Made by a program: the position numbers and the translations under genes. Below are positions 13,383 to 27,660 of a stretch of DNA of 64,000 nucleotides, piece by piece. Position 1 is the first letter of the stretch, and every line of letters begins with the position of its first letter. A model generated the notes under the pieces. It searched no databases and was not told where the DNA came from. It saw only the letters and a list, made by a program, of their open reading frames with translations. The DNA is from Eledone cirrhosa (Eukaryota), in the NCBI GenBank assembly GCA_964016885.1, contig CAXHJY010001233.1, positions 1 to 64,000 on the forward strand. The letters run 5' to 3'.

Positions 13383-13863
13383 GAGAAAGAGAGATAGACA
13401 TACATACACATCTATACGTCGTTATAAGTATGATGTTGTGCTCACGGTGCCTTGAGAAAGCAAATATGGAAGTTTGACACATGAAAAGAAGTACTTCAAA
13501 TAGGAGGACCTCAGGGGATGGCTGTGTGTGTGAGAACATGATGATAGCATTTATACAGAACTTGCAGTGGTTGTGGAGGGCTGGGGTGTCGTAAGTTTGT
13601 AGCTATATCAACACTGTTCTTACAGGGTTGGCATCACATTTGGGGAGAAATAGCTGAGCTGAGTCGAGCAGGGTTTCGTGACTTGAAAAGGGAGCAGGTA
13701 ATGTCCCATTATAGATATAGCAAAAGGTATGGAGGTGTAGTGAAAATAACTAAGCCGAGAGTACAAATATAGCCTCGGCGGCAATCCATGGTTTCGTAAA
13801 GTGGTTGGAGAGGATTAAAGAACTGATACGAAATTGAACAATTCCTTGTGTCAGCAATATTGC

Positions 13864-14062
13864 TCTCTCTCTCTCTCTCTCTCTCTCGCTGTCTGTCTGT
13901 CTGTCTGTCTGTGTGTGTCTGTCTGTCTGCCTGCCTGGCTGTCTCTCTGTCTGTCTGTCTGTGTGACTGTCTGTCTGCCTGGCTGTCTCTCTGTCTGTCT
14001 GTGTGTGTGTGTCTGTCTGTCTGCCTGGCTGTCTCTCTGTCTGCCTGTGTCTGTCTGTGTGT

Positions 14063-14137
<75 letters not shown>

Positions 14138-14197
14138 TGTGTGTGTGTGTCTGTCTCTCTATGTGTGTGTGTGTCTGTCTGTCTCTCTATGTGTGTG
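13864..14197. repeat. CT/GTCT/GT compound microsatellite
   Basis: Direct inspection. Confidence 0.9.
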
Positions 14198-14504
14198 TTT
14201 AATGTGAGTTTTCTTGGGAAAGTTTATCGCTGCTCTACAACGAGGGGCCATATTAAAATGAATAAATGCAAATACGCAATGAAAAATATAATATATCTAA
14301 AAAAAAACAAAAAAAAAAACAGACCTGCTTTGTCTACCCCAGGTATTGGGGTAGACGTCCAAATATTGTAAAGTCCCCTTTTTGTAATATAATCCAAAAA
14401 GGAAAGAGATTCGCTCAGTAAAAGCTTGGTAATAATCCAATTTCATCGGAGCTGTCACATGGGACGTCCGTACGCTTGGAAACACAAACAAATATAACAA
14501 CAAT

Positions 14505-15184
14505 AATGGTTTCTACATTTGGCACAAGAGGGAGGGAGTGAAAGTCGATTATGTCAACCCGAGTGTGTTACTGGTACTCTATTTTATCGACCCCCGTAAG
14601 TATGAAAGTCAAAGCTAACCTAGAAATCCTGTAATACATTTCATCCGACGAACTTATGATTCCGCCAATAATACTACAACTAACATTTTTTTCTGATTTA
14701 GGCGCAAGGTTAGCAATTTAAAGGGAAGGAGGAAGTTGATGAAATCGACCTCAGTACATTACTGGTACTTTATTTATCGACCCCGCAAGGAGGAACGGCA
14801 AAGCTAACCTCGGCGGGATTTGAATTCTCAGAACGTAAAAGAGTCGTAACTATATGCTGCGAAGCATATAGTTACGAAGCTCTACCGATCACTGCCAACA
14901 ATAATAACTGTTTCTACTTTAGGCACAAGGCCAGCAATTACCCCAGTACATTACTGGTACTTTTATTTTATCGACCCCGTAAGGATGAAAGGCAAAGTTA
15001 ACCTCGGCGGGATTTGAACTCAGACCGTAAAGGGACGTAACTGCTGGAAAGCATGGCGTCCGACTCTCTACCGATACTGCCAATCCACCGCCCCAGCATG
15101 GCGTCCGACTCTCTACCGATACTGCCAATCCACCGCCCCAGCATGGCGTCCGACTCTCTACCGATACTGCCAATCCACTGCCAA
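14505..15184 (-). mobile_element. Three tandem S1 SINE copies; the last has a triplicated 45-bp head segment
   Basis: ggcacaag...tatcgacccc...aaagYtaacct at ~14520, 14700 and 14920; agcatggcgtccgactctctaccgatactgccaatccac at 15050, 15095 and 15140. Confidence 0.88.
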
Positions 15185-15338
15185 CAATAATAATAACAAT
15201 AATCTTTCATTTATTTGCCACCAGTCACGATTCATACATGCAAAAAACATTTCACATAAAATGTTCAATGTAGGTTTCTAATGAATAGAGTCTTTAAAAT
15301 GTCGACTAGAAATGTCTTGCGGTATTCACCCCCCGGCT

Positions 15339-15397
<59 letters not shown>

Positions 15398-15733
15398 GAA
15401 AATCCCGTCGAGTCAACTTTGCCATTCATTCTTTCGTTCGTTGTTAGTAAAATAAAATACCAGTTCCCTACTGGCGTTGGTTCTTCCTCTATATCTGTTT
15501 CTCACACCTCACCCCCTATCTATTATTTCTCTTTCTTTCTCTGGAATAAATCTGCCGTGTTCAGGCCTGGAGAGAAGAGAAGGGATGGGCTCCCCCAGAT
15601 TTTTTAAAATGCCAAACACGGTGTATGTCGTTAGTAGGCCATTACAACTTCATTAGGGGTTACGGGCCCATGTACACATGAATATATGCATATATATAGA
15701 CCTTATACTATATATATATATATATATATATAT

Positions 15734-15930
15734 AACAAAGGAATTGTGGTAAGGAACCAGATGGACCATAACGCACCAGAGTACTCAATACTTAGGGTAG
15801 TAGAGTGGGAAATAGGAAAAAGTATGACTCCGACGGCAGAGCTCAAGCCGTTTCGACGGCTATTTCTGGAGTAGAAATAGCCGTCGAAACGGCTTGAGCT
15901 CTGCCGTCGGGGGTCATACTTTTCCCTATA
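15734..15930 (-). mobile_element. Family B element with complete hairpin
   Basis: Hairpin 15812-15930 (...gtttcgacggctatttct ggagt agaaatagccgtcgaaac...); TA-flanked. Confidence 0.9.
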
Positions 15931-16060
15931 TATATATATATATATAGCAACCGCAGAGACCTTTATATATATATAGGGCGATTCAAGAACACGCGCCTTG
16001 TCCGTTCCCTTGTCGTTTCTGTTTGGATTACCTTGGGAACGTAACCTTATTATATAAGAA

Positions 16061-16135
16061 GCTGTCTGATGATGTCACGGCGCTGGGTACACGGAATCGT
16101 GTGGCCACTGTCGTCATTGAAATATGTATCACAGC
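16061..16135 (+). ncRNA. Type I hammerhead ribozyme (AUC site)
   Basis: gctgt-CTGATGA-[..acacg gaat cgtgt..]-GAAAT-atgt-ATC-acagc; perfect 5-bp stem I; ATTAAA at 16142; tail into (TA)n. Confidence 0.85.
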
Positions 16136-16186
16136 ATTACCATTAAAGGACTTTAACATCTGAAACTACTTCGCATTTTCTCATTC

Positions 16187-16526
16187 TATATATATAATAT
16201 ATATATATATTATATATATATATATATATATAATATATATAAATATATATATTATATATATATATTATATATATATATATATATTATATATATATATTAT
16301 ATATATATATATATATATAATATATATAAATATATATATATATAATATATATAAATATATATATTATATATATATATTATATATATATATATAATATATA
16401 TAAATATATATATTATATATATATATTATATATATATATATATATTATATATATATATATAATATATATAAATATATATATTATATATATATATTATATA
16501 TATATATATATATTATATATATATAT

Positions 16527-16557
<31 letters not shown>

Positions 16558-16750
16558 AATATATATATTATATATATATATTATATATATATATATATAT
16601 TATATATATATATTATATATATATATTATATATATATATTATATATATATATATATATTATATATATATATATAATATATATAAATATATATATATATAA
16701 TATATATATATAATATATATATTTATATATATTATATATATATATATTTA

Positions 16751-16795
<45 letters not shown>
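16187..16795. repeat. Degenerate (TA)n microsatellite
   Basis: Direct inspection. Confidence 0.97.
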
Positions 16796-16797
<2 letters not shown>

Positions 16798-17125
16798 ATA
16801 AGGCCTCAGCGGTTGCTAGCATTGTTAGTATAGCAGACAGGGAATATATGGGCGGTCCAGTAATTTGATCGGTGTGGGTTTTGTGGTCTTTTCGAAGGCC
16901 CTATATGAAGGGAACAGGGACGATGTCATTGCTAATTGTTCAGAAGTTGTTTGCAGTCTGTTCCCCTGACTGCAGGATATTACACCCCATAAGAACAGAA
17001 CTGATTCCTTTTCTTATTCTCCTTCTCTTCCTAATCGAACGGAGTCACCTCACTCACATTTCTAATGAAATATTCGCTTGCATGCTCCTGACACAGTTTA
17101 CCAGTTTACATGGCCGTCTAGAGAC

Positions 17126-17622
17126 ACCCTACCACCCTACCATCACACCACCCTACCACCCTACCATCACACCACCCTACCACCTTACCATCACACCACC
17201 CTACCACCCTACCGTCCTACCATCACACCACCCTACCGTCCTACCACCCTACCGTCCTACCATCACACCATCCTACCACCCTACCATCACACCATCACAC
17301 CATCCTACCACCCTACCGTCCTACCATCACACCATCACACCACCCTACCATCACACCACCCTACCGTCCTACCACCCTACCGTCCTACCATCACACCATC
17401 CTACCACCCTACCATCACACCATCACACCACCCTACCACCCTATCGTCCTACCATCACACCATCACACCACCCTACCATCACACCACCCTACCGTCCTAC
17501 CATCACACCACCCTACCACCCTACCGTCCTACCATCACACCATCCTACCACCCTACCGTCCTACCATCACACCATCCTACCACCCTACCATCACACCACC
17601 CTACCACCCTACCATCCTACCC
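17126..17622. repeat. 8-mer mosaic minisatellite (ACCACCCT/ACCATCAC/ACCGTCCT/ACCATCCT)
   Basis: In-register variant 8-mers. Confidence 0.92.
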
Positions 17623-17693
17623 AAATTTAACTTGACACCAAACGATAACAGTTCTTGTATGTTTTTACAATGGCTAAACTGACACAAACACAC

Positions 17694-17980
17694 ACTCAGA
17701 ACGTAAAGGGCCGTAATTCTATGCTGCAAAGCATGGTGTCTGACGATAACGGTTTCTAATTTAGACACAGGGCCAACAATTTTTGGGAGAGGAGAAATTC
17801 GATTAAATGGACCCCAGTGCATAACTGGTACTTTATGTTACCGGCCTTGTAAGGATGAAAGGCAAAGTTAACCTCGGTGGGATTAGAACTCAGAAGGTAA
17901 AAGGCCATAACTCTATGCCGCAAAGCATGTTGTCCGACGCTCTACTGATTACTGACAATCCACCACCGTCGCCGCCCTTA
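17694..17980 (-). mobile_element. S1 SINE (full copy plus adjacent head fragment)
   Basis: Homology to S1 copies including A/B-box head. Confidence 0.85.
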
Positions 17981-18072
17981 ATAGCAACCGTTAATAATAA
18001 TATTAGGGCAGTGGACATGTCAGTCAGTAGGCACAGGTGTTTTCATTAACAAGGACCTACATTCTTTTAGCG

Positions 18073-18492
18073 CTACCTACCTACCTACCTACCTACCTAC
18101 CTACCTACCTACCTACCTACCTACCTACCCACCATCCTACCTACCTACCTACCTACCTACCCACCTACCCACCATCCTACCTACCTACCTACCTACCTAC
18201 CTACCTACCTACCCACCATCCTACCTACCTACCTACCTACCTACCTATCTACCTACCCACCTACCCACCATCTTACCTACCTACCTACCCATCATCCTAC
18301 CCACCATCCTCCTACCTACCTACCTACCCATCATCCTACCCACCATCCTACCTACCTACCCATCATCCTACCCACCATCCTCCTACCTACTACCTACCCA
18401 TCATCCTACCCACCATCCTCCTACCTACCTACCTACCCACCATCCTACCCACCATCCTCCTACCTACCTACCTACCCACCATCCTACCCACC
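18073..18492. repeat. (CTAC)n-derived tetranucleotide mosaic
   Basis: Direct inspection. Confidence 0.92.
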
Positions 18493-18599
18493 AGTCAGAC
18501 AGTAATGCGATGCAGCGTCCTGAAAAACAGCAAAAACAACACACATACAAAAGACGTTCTTCCCTTTCCAGCATCTACAACATACCCATCACATTTCCT

Positions 18600-20850
18600 C
18601 CCCTTGCTCTACATCTAAACCTGCCTCTACCTCTCTATAGCACCACTCTTGCTCTACATCTAAACCTGCCTCTACCTCTCTATAGTACCACCCTTGCTCT
18701 ACATCTAAACCTGCCTCTACCTCTCTATAGTTACCACCCTTGCTCTACATCTAAACCTGCCTCTACCTCTCTATAGTACCACCCTTGCTCTACATCTAAA
18801 CCTGCCTCTACCTCTCTATAGTTACCACCCTTGCTCTACATCTAAACCTGCCTCTACCTCTCTATAGTTACCACCCTTGCTCTACATCTAAACCTGCCTC
18901 TACCTCTCTATAGTACCACCCTTGCTCTACATCTAAACCTGCCTCTACCTCTCTATAGTTACCACCCTTGCTCTACATCTAAACCTGCCTCTACCTCTCT
19001 ATAGTTACCACCCTTGCTCTACATCTAAACCTGCCTCTACCTCTCTATAGTTACCACTCTTGCTCTACATCTAAACCTGCCTCTACCTCTCTATAGTTAC
19101 CACTCTTGCTCTACATCTAAACCTGCCTCTACCTCTCTATAGTTACCACCCTTGCTCTACATCTAAACCTGCCTCTACCTCTCTATAGTTACCACCCTTG
19201 CTCTACATCTAAACCTGCCTCTACCTCTCTATAGTTACCACCCTTGCTCTACATCTAAACCTGCCTCTACCTCTCTATAGTTACCACCCTTGCTCTACAT
19301 CTAAACCTGCCTCTACCTCTCTATAGTTACCACCCTTGCTCTACATCTAAACCTGCCTCTACCTCTCTATAGTTACCACCCTTGCTCTACATCTAAACCT
19401 GCCTCTATCTCTCTATAGTTACAACTCTTGCTCTACATCTAAACCTGCCTCTACCTCTCTATAGTTACCACTCTTGCTCTACATCTAAACCTGCCTCTAC
19501 CTCTCTATAGTTACCACTCTTGCTCTACATCTAAACCTGCCTCTACCTCTCTATAGTTACCACCCTTGCTCTACATCTAAACCTGCCTCTACCTCTCTAT
19601 AGTTACCACCCTTGCTCTACATCTAAACCTGCCTCTACCTCTCTATAGTTACCACCCTTGCTCTACATCTAAACCTGCCTCTACCTCTCTATAGTTACCA
19701 CCCTTGCTCTACATCTAAACCTGCCTCTACCTCTCTATAGTTACCACCCTTGCTCTACATCTAAACCTGCCTCTACCTCTCTATAGTTACCACCCTTGCT
19801 CTACATCTAAACCTGCCTCTACCTCTCTATAGTTGCCACCCTTGCTCTACATCTAAACCTGCCTCTACCTCTCTATAGTTACCACCCTTGCTCTACATCT
19901 AAACCTGCCTCTACCTCTCTATAGTACCACCCTTGCTCTACATCTAAACCTGCCTCTACCTCTCTATAGTTACCACCCTTGCTCTACATCTAAACCTGCC
20001 TCTACCTCTCTATAGTACCACCCTTGCTCTACATCTAAACCTGCCTCTACCTCTCTATAGTTACCACCCTTGCTCTACATCTAAACCTGCCTCTACCTCT
20101 CTATAGTTACCACCCTTGCTCTACATCTAAACCTGCCTCTACCTCTCTATAGTTACCACTCTTGCTCTACATCTAAACCTGCCTCTACCTCTCTATAGTT
20201 ACCACTCTTGCTCTACATCTAAACCTGCCTCTACCTCTCTATAGTTACCACCCTTGCTCTACATCTAAACCTGCCTCTACCTCTCTATAGTTACCACCCT
20301 TGCTCTACATCTAAACCTGCCTCTACCTCTCTATAGTTACCACCCTTGCTCTACATCTAAACCTGCCTCTACCTCTCTATAGTTACCACCCTTGCTCTAC
20401 ATCTAAACCTGCCTCTACCTCTCTATAGTTACCACTCTTGCTCTACATCTAAACCTGCCTCTACCTCTCTATAGTTACCACCCTTGCTCTACATCTAAAC
20501 CTGCCTCTACCTCTCTATAGTTACCACCCTTGCTCTACATCTAAACCTGCCTCTACCTCTCTATAGTACCACCCTTGCTCTACATCTAAACCTGCCTCTA
20601 CCTCTCTATAGTTACCACCCTTGCTCTACATCTAATCCTGCCTCTACCTCTCTATAGTTACCACCCTTGCTCTACATCTAAACCTGCCTCTACCTCTCTA
20701 TAGTTACCACCCTTGCTCTACATCTAAACCTGCCTCTACCTCTCTATAGTTACCACCCTTGCTCTACATCTAAACCTGCCTCTACCTCTCTATAGTTACC
20801 ACCCTTGCTCTACATCTAAACCTGCCTCTACCTCTCTATAGTTACCACTC
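18600..20850. repeat. 46-bp minisatellite, ~49 near-identical copies
   Basis: Unit ttaccacccttgctctacatctaaacctgcctctacctctctatag; variants cacTctt and 1-nt-shorter tagtacc; no spacers. Confidence 0.97.
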
Positions 20851-21544
20851 AACCAGATATAATTTGTCGGTTTTATTGAGGTTGAAAGCTGACGGCAAAT
20901 CTTTTAAGAGAATGAACAAAGGGGGCTTTTTTTTACAGAGAGAGAAAGAGGTGAGTGGAGATAGTGAGAGAGGTGATAGCAAGAGAGTGAGAGAGGAGAG
21001 AGAGGTGATAGCGAGAGAGTGAGAGAGAAGTGAGAGAGGTGAGAGTGAGAGAGAGGCGAGAGAGGTGAGAGTGAGAGAGGTGAGAGTGAGAGAGAGGTGA
21101 TAGCGAGAGAGTGAGAGAGAAGTGATAGCGAGAGAGTGAGAGAGATGAGAGAGTGCGAGAGAGTGAGAGAGATGGGAGAGTGAGAGAGAGGTGATAGTGA
21201 GAGAGTGAGAGATGATGAGGTAGTGTGTGTGTGTATGTGTGTATGTGTGTATGTGTGTACATGGGTGTATGAGAGCGAGTTCGACTGCTGTTCGCTTTGT
21301 CAGAAGAATGGCTCGCCGCTCGAGCAGGCTCCTAGTTTTACAGTCAGCCTTTTATGTAAACCTAAGTAAACAAACAAATAAGATTTAAATGCGAAATTTG
21401 AAAGTAAATTCATTCAGCACACACAGACACATATACAGACACAAACACAGACACATACATTCACAGACACAGAGACACACACACACACAGACACATATAC
21501 ACGCACAGAGACACATTGATATTTTTTTGATATTTTTTGTTATC

Positions 21545-21897
21545 AACTCTTTCCAAATTTGGCTCAAGGCCAGCAAATTTAGAGGTGGGAAGAGGAAAGC
21601 CGATTATATTGAGCCCAATACTTTTAACTGGTAATTTATTTTAACGACCCGGAATGATGAAAGACCTTGCTGACCTCGGAGGGATTTGGGGAACTCAGAA
21701 CTTTAGAAAGTCGTAACTAAATACTAAATCCGATTTTCTACCAATACAACCAATCCACCCCTTCTATCAATACTACCAATCCACCGCCTCTACCAATACT
21801 ACCAGGCCACCACCTCTACCAATACTACCAACACACCACCTCTATAGATACTACCAACACACCGCCTCTACCAATACTACCAGGCCACCGCCGCCCT
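21545..21897 (-). mobile_element. S1 SINE whose head has expanded into a 26-bp x6 tandem array
   Basis: S1 body 21545-21735, then ctctaccaatactaccaatccaccgc-like units from 21736. Confidence 0.8.
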
Positions 21898-22299
21898 TTC
21901 AGCAAACAAAATAACGAAGGTTGTCAATAGTTATTGAAATTCTTTTCTATCTCAACTGAGGTCTTCGCCGTATTTCCGTCCCGATCTGAACCTGACGACA
22001 AAGAAGAGCTGGAGATTATATGATAGAGCTGAGAATAATACTGTAATGTAAAGGAGGGCGAGAAGAAGGTCTTAACAGGGATTTACTGACGATTTGTAAT
22101 TGGGCTGTCTCATTGGTTGAACATAATACTATATAGATGTAGGTAAATGTAATAACTGTAGCGTAGGTAAGTAGGTAAATACAATATTTATACTATAAAG
22201 GTGGAGTTGAAATATGTCTATCATGGTTATTGTATCGTTGGTAAACGAAAATGTTGCAGTCCTGAACAAACAATATTTACTCGGTGGCTAAATATAATA

Positions 22300-22718
22300 A
22301 AGGTTTCTGGTTTAGGCACAAGGCCAGTAATTTTGGGAGAGGGGAAAGTCGATTAAATTAATCTCAGTGCATTACTGGTACTTTATTTTATCGATCTTGT
22401 GAGGATGAAAGGTAGCTGCTAACCTAGGCTGATTTGAACTCAGAACGTAAAGGACCGTAACTATGCCGTGAAGCATGGTGTCAGGCGCTCTACAGATTCT
22501 ACCAATCCACCGCCCTATAATAATAATAATTGTTTCTACTTTTGGCACAAGGCCAGCAATTACCCAGTGTATTGCTGGTACTTTATTTTATCGACCCCCG
22601 TAAGAATGAAAGGCAAAGTTAACCTCGGCGGGATTTGAACTCAGAATGGAAAGAGCCGTAACTCTTTGAGTCAAAGCATCGCGTCCGACGCTCTACCGAT
22701 TCTGCCAATCCACCGCCC

Positions 22719-22793
<75 letters not shown>

Positions 22794-23280
22794 GGTATGT
22801 GATTTAGGCACAAGGTCAGCAATTTTGTAGTGAAGGGGGAAAGTCGATTAAATCGCGTCCAGTAGAAGACGAAATATTTAACGGTAAAGGGCCACTCTTT
22901 TGAAATATTCACGTCAAACTAACATGGTATGGTATGACTCCGTAACTTGAGAGGGAGTCGTAGGGACGCCATACTGACATACGGCGTGTCTTAGGACATT
23001 TCTAACCCTGATGGAGCCCATTCTCTCTCCAAGCCTGAATAAAGCAGAATTCTTCCAGAGAAGGCTAGAAAGTGAGAGAATGGAAGTGAGAAAGAGAGAG
23101 AGAGGAAGATTCAACCCTAGTACTAGACAGGTACTTATCTTTATTATTGACCTCTAATGGACGAAAAGCAAAGTTGACCTCGGCGGGATTTGAACTCAGA
23201 GAGCAGAGAGGTGAAACAAATACCGGAAAACATTCGCTTCACCGTTCTAACGACTGTCAATTTACCGTCTCATAGAAGAC
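22300..23280 (-). mobile_element. Cluster of S1/S1b SINEs separated by (AAT)n
   Basis: Copies at ~22300-22516, 22530-22718, 22795-22862 and 22930-23280. Confidence 0.85.
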
Positions 23281-24061
23281 GAACTATGTAACGCTAGGGG
23301 CCACAGATCTGCTCTCTTCACGTCAAACTAACTACTTGTTTGTTTGTCTTCATATTACTAGGAGTTCATCTCTTTACAGTCATATGTCCCAGTTTTCAGT
23401 GATAACCGTTGATTTCTGGGCGATCTTGTATTACACATCATCAAAACTAATTTATCATTTTGCCGGCAGTATCTCACTAATTGTCATCGCAAATAGCAGT
23501 TGATTAGCGCTACATAACAACCCATAACAATACAGACAAGACCCCACACCACCACCCCACCATCACGGATTACAAACTGACAGCGACATCACTGCTATTA
23601 CTACAATTACTACAAAGCTCGATCTAATGACACGGTCACGGGGAGAGGGTGGTGATGAGGATGAGGAAGAGGGAGTGTAAGGGGAGAAGTGAAATGGAGA
23701 AACCAGAGGTAGTGGTGGTGATGATGTTAGCGGCATGTGCGTAGAAAAATGGAAAATAATTAGAACACACCAACTAAAAATTATTAACACCTCATAAACA
23801 CAATCTCTCCTTCTCTCTCTTACAATAAATACTTCCTCCCTTCTGTCGGCTTTACAATTGTGATTATCATTATCAGTGATAGCTTTAAACCGGACAAACA
23901 ACTCGTAGAAAGAGCGAACAGTTATTTAAAACTTGTTAACCATATGGGACACCAATGAAGTATTGTTACATTGCCGTGTTAGCTGGGGACGTCGGCAGTA
24001 GGGCTCGGGTACGCGTGCGTGTCAGTGTGTGTGCGTCTCTCTCTCTATGAGTGTGCCTGTG

Positions 24062-24123
<62 letters not shown>

Positions 24124-24374
24124 TGATGTTCAGGTAGGGTATAGGTGTGCATTTGCGTGTTGATTTTGGGAGGGGGGCGGGTTGTTTTTTTAAAAATGTT
24201 TTTATGTACGTGTTCTTTGTGTTGGGTTTTGTGTGTATTAATAAATGAATACCCGTACGTGTGTTTCTGCGGAACTGTGTTTGCAATGGCTGATGGGAAG
24301 AGGTTACTTCTCCTATCTCACTTGCATGTGAGACACGTATACAATAATATACACACAGGTGCGAGTGTGTATGC

Positions 24375-24399
24375 ATATATATATATATATTATATATAT

Positions 24400-24444
<45 letters not shown>

Positions 24445-24787
24445 TATAATATATATATATATATATTATATATATAATATATATAATATATATATATATA
24501 ATATATATATAAAATATATATATATATATATAATATATATATAAAATATATATATATATATATAATATATATATAAAATATATATATATATATATAATAT
24601 ATATATAATATATATATAATATATATAATATATATATATAATATATATAATATATATATAATATATATATATAATATATATATATAATATATATAATATA
24701 TATAATAATATAATATATATATAATATATATAAATATAATATATATAAATAATATATATAAATAATATATATATAATATATATATAT

Positions 24788-24855
<68 letters not shown>

Positions 24856-24921
24856 TATATAATATATATATATAATATATATATAATATATATATAATAT
24901 ATATATATAATATATATATAT

Positions 24922-24965
<44 letters not shown>

Positions 24966-25092
24966 TATATAATATATAATATAATATATATATAATATAT
25001 ATATATAATATATATATAATATATATATAATATATATATATAATATATATATAATATATATATAATATATATATATAATATATAATATATAA

Positions 25093-25133
<41 letters not shown>

Positions 25134-25314
25134 TAAATAATATATATATAATATATATATATAATATATAATATATATAAATAATATATATATAATATAT
25201 ATATATAATATAATATATATAAATAATATATATATATAATATATATATATAATATATAATATATATAAATAATATATATATAATATATATATATAATATA
25301 TAATATATATAAAT

Positions 25315-25345
<31 letters not shown>

Positions 25346-25492
25346 ATATATATAAATAATATATATATATAATATATATATAATATATATATAATATATA
25401 TATATAATATATATATATATAATATATATAATATATATATATAATATAATATAATATATATATATAATATATATATAATATATATATAATAT

Positions 25493-25525
<33 letters not shown>

Positions 25526-25558
25526 ATATATATATTATATATATATATATATAAATAT

Positions 25559-25629
<71 letters not shown>

Positions 25630-25710
25630 ATTATATATATATATTATATATATATATATTATATATATTATATATATATATATATATTATATATATATAT
25701 ATTATATATA

Positions 25711-25757
<47 letters not shown>

Positions 25758-25977
25758 ATATATATATATATATTATATATATATATATATTATATATATA
25801 TATATTATATATATATATATTATATATATATATATTATATATATATTATATTATATATATATATATTATATATATATATATTATATATATATATATATTA
25901 TATATATATATATATTATATATATATAATATTATATATATATATATATTATATATATATATATATTATATATATATA

Positions 25978-26038
<61 letters not shown>

Positions 26039-26221
26039 ATATATATTATATATATATATTATATATTATATATTATATATATATAATATATATATATATA
26101 TTATATATATACTATTATATATATATATATATATTATATATATTATATATATATATATATTATATGTATATATATATTATATATTATTATATATATATAT
26201 ATATATATATAAATAATATAT

Positions 26222-26273
<52 letters not shown>

Positions 26274-26290
26274 TATATTATATATATATA

Positions 26291-26374
<84 letters not shown>

Positions 26375-26490
26375 ATATATATATATATATATTATATATT
26401 ATATATATAATATATTATATATATAATATATTATATATATAATATATTATATATATAATATATTATATATATATATAATATATATATATA
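24375..26490. repeat. ~2.1-kb degenerate (TA)n tract
   Basis: Direct inspection. Confidence 0.97.
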
Positions 26491-26749
26491 CATACAGAAG
26501 ATGGAGGAGAGCAATCGAAATGAATCGAGTGTAATCAATAGATATGACAGGACAGATCTCAAACAAAAGGAGTGATTTATAGTGGAGAGGGAGATGGGGA
26601 GGATGAGGGGGAGAGAATGGGGAGGGGGAGAAGAAAGGGTTGACGTGTCTGTCAGAAGTTCCGATGAGATTCTTATAAATACAAGTGGAAACTTCTAGTA
26701 TTGCCGTCTCCACGTGTGACAAAAGACATAACAACAACAACAACAACAA

Positions 26750-27132
26750 TGGTTTCTTATTTACTCACGAGGCCTACAATTTTTTTTTGGGGGGGGGGGG
26801 GGGGGGTTTGATTAAACAGCCCAGTGCATTACTGGTATTTTATTTTATCGACCCTGTAAGGATGAAAGGCAAAGTTAACCTCGGCGGGATTTGAACTCAG
26901 AATGGCAAAGGCCGTAACTCTATGAGTCCAAACATGGTGTCCGACCCTCTCCCGATACTGCCAATCCAGCCCTTATTATTATTAGGATTTGAACTAATAA
27001 TAATCACAATGGTTTCTACTTTAAGCACAAGACCAACATTTTGGGGGAGGGGAAAATTGATTAAATCGACCCCAGTGTATTACTGGTACTTTATTTTATT
27101 GACCCGGTAAGAATGAAAGTCAAAAGTTAACC
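26750..27132 (-). mobile_element. Two tandem S1 SINEs
   Basis: Homology to S1 consensus. Confidence 0.85.
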
Positions 27133-27409
27133 AGAATATATAAAGTTGTCAGATAATTTCCCTTTGTAATTGAAAGCTCATCTCATACGATTTAAAAGTT
27201 ACATTTCTACTGGCGTTCGTCAGTGTTTTGCAATTGTGGAGTTGTGACTGGAAGATAATATCAGCAATGGAAAGACTAATGGAAACATTGTCTCCTTGGT
27301 CCTATTTGATGAGTTCCACCCTCACTTGGTAAGCAAATGAGGTCTAGGAGCTTGTCGATCGGTTCCACCCCCATATGGGTGTATATATGTACGTACGTAT
27401 GTATGTAGT

Positions 27410-27660
27410 GGAGGCATATGGCCTAGTGGTAAGGGTGTTGGACTTGCGATCATAATGTCGTGGGTTCGATTCCTGGGTTGTGTGTTGTGTTCTCGAGCAA
27501 AACACTTCATTTCACGTTGTTCCAGTATACTCAGCTGAAAATGAGTACCAACAATAGCTGGGGGTTTAACCCTGGGATGGACTGGGGAAGTCTTCCAGGG
27601 GGACGTCTTGTACTGTCAGTCGCTTCACGCCACGAAACCTGGATAAGCACTGGACAAATG
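27410..27660 (+). mobile_element. tRNA-derived SINE, family S2 (CORE-like)
   Basis: A box tggcctagtgg, B box ggttcgattcc, then gtgttctcgagcaaaacacttcatttcacgttgttccag...aaaatgagtacc. Confidence 0.85.

Noticed and set aside
18600-20850. CRISPR-like regular array
   Set aside because: Units are contiguous with no unique spacers, there are no cas genes, and the context is eukaryotic
27410-27480. tRNA genes suggested by A/B boxes (also 46371, 56458, 61959)
   Set aside because: No complete cloverleaf; each continues into a SINE body
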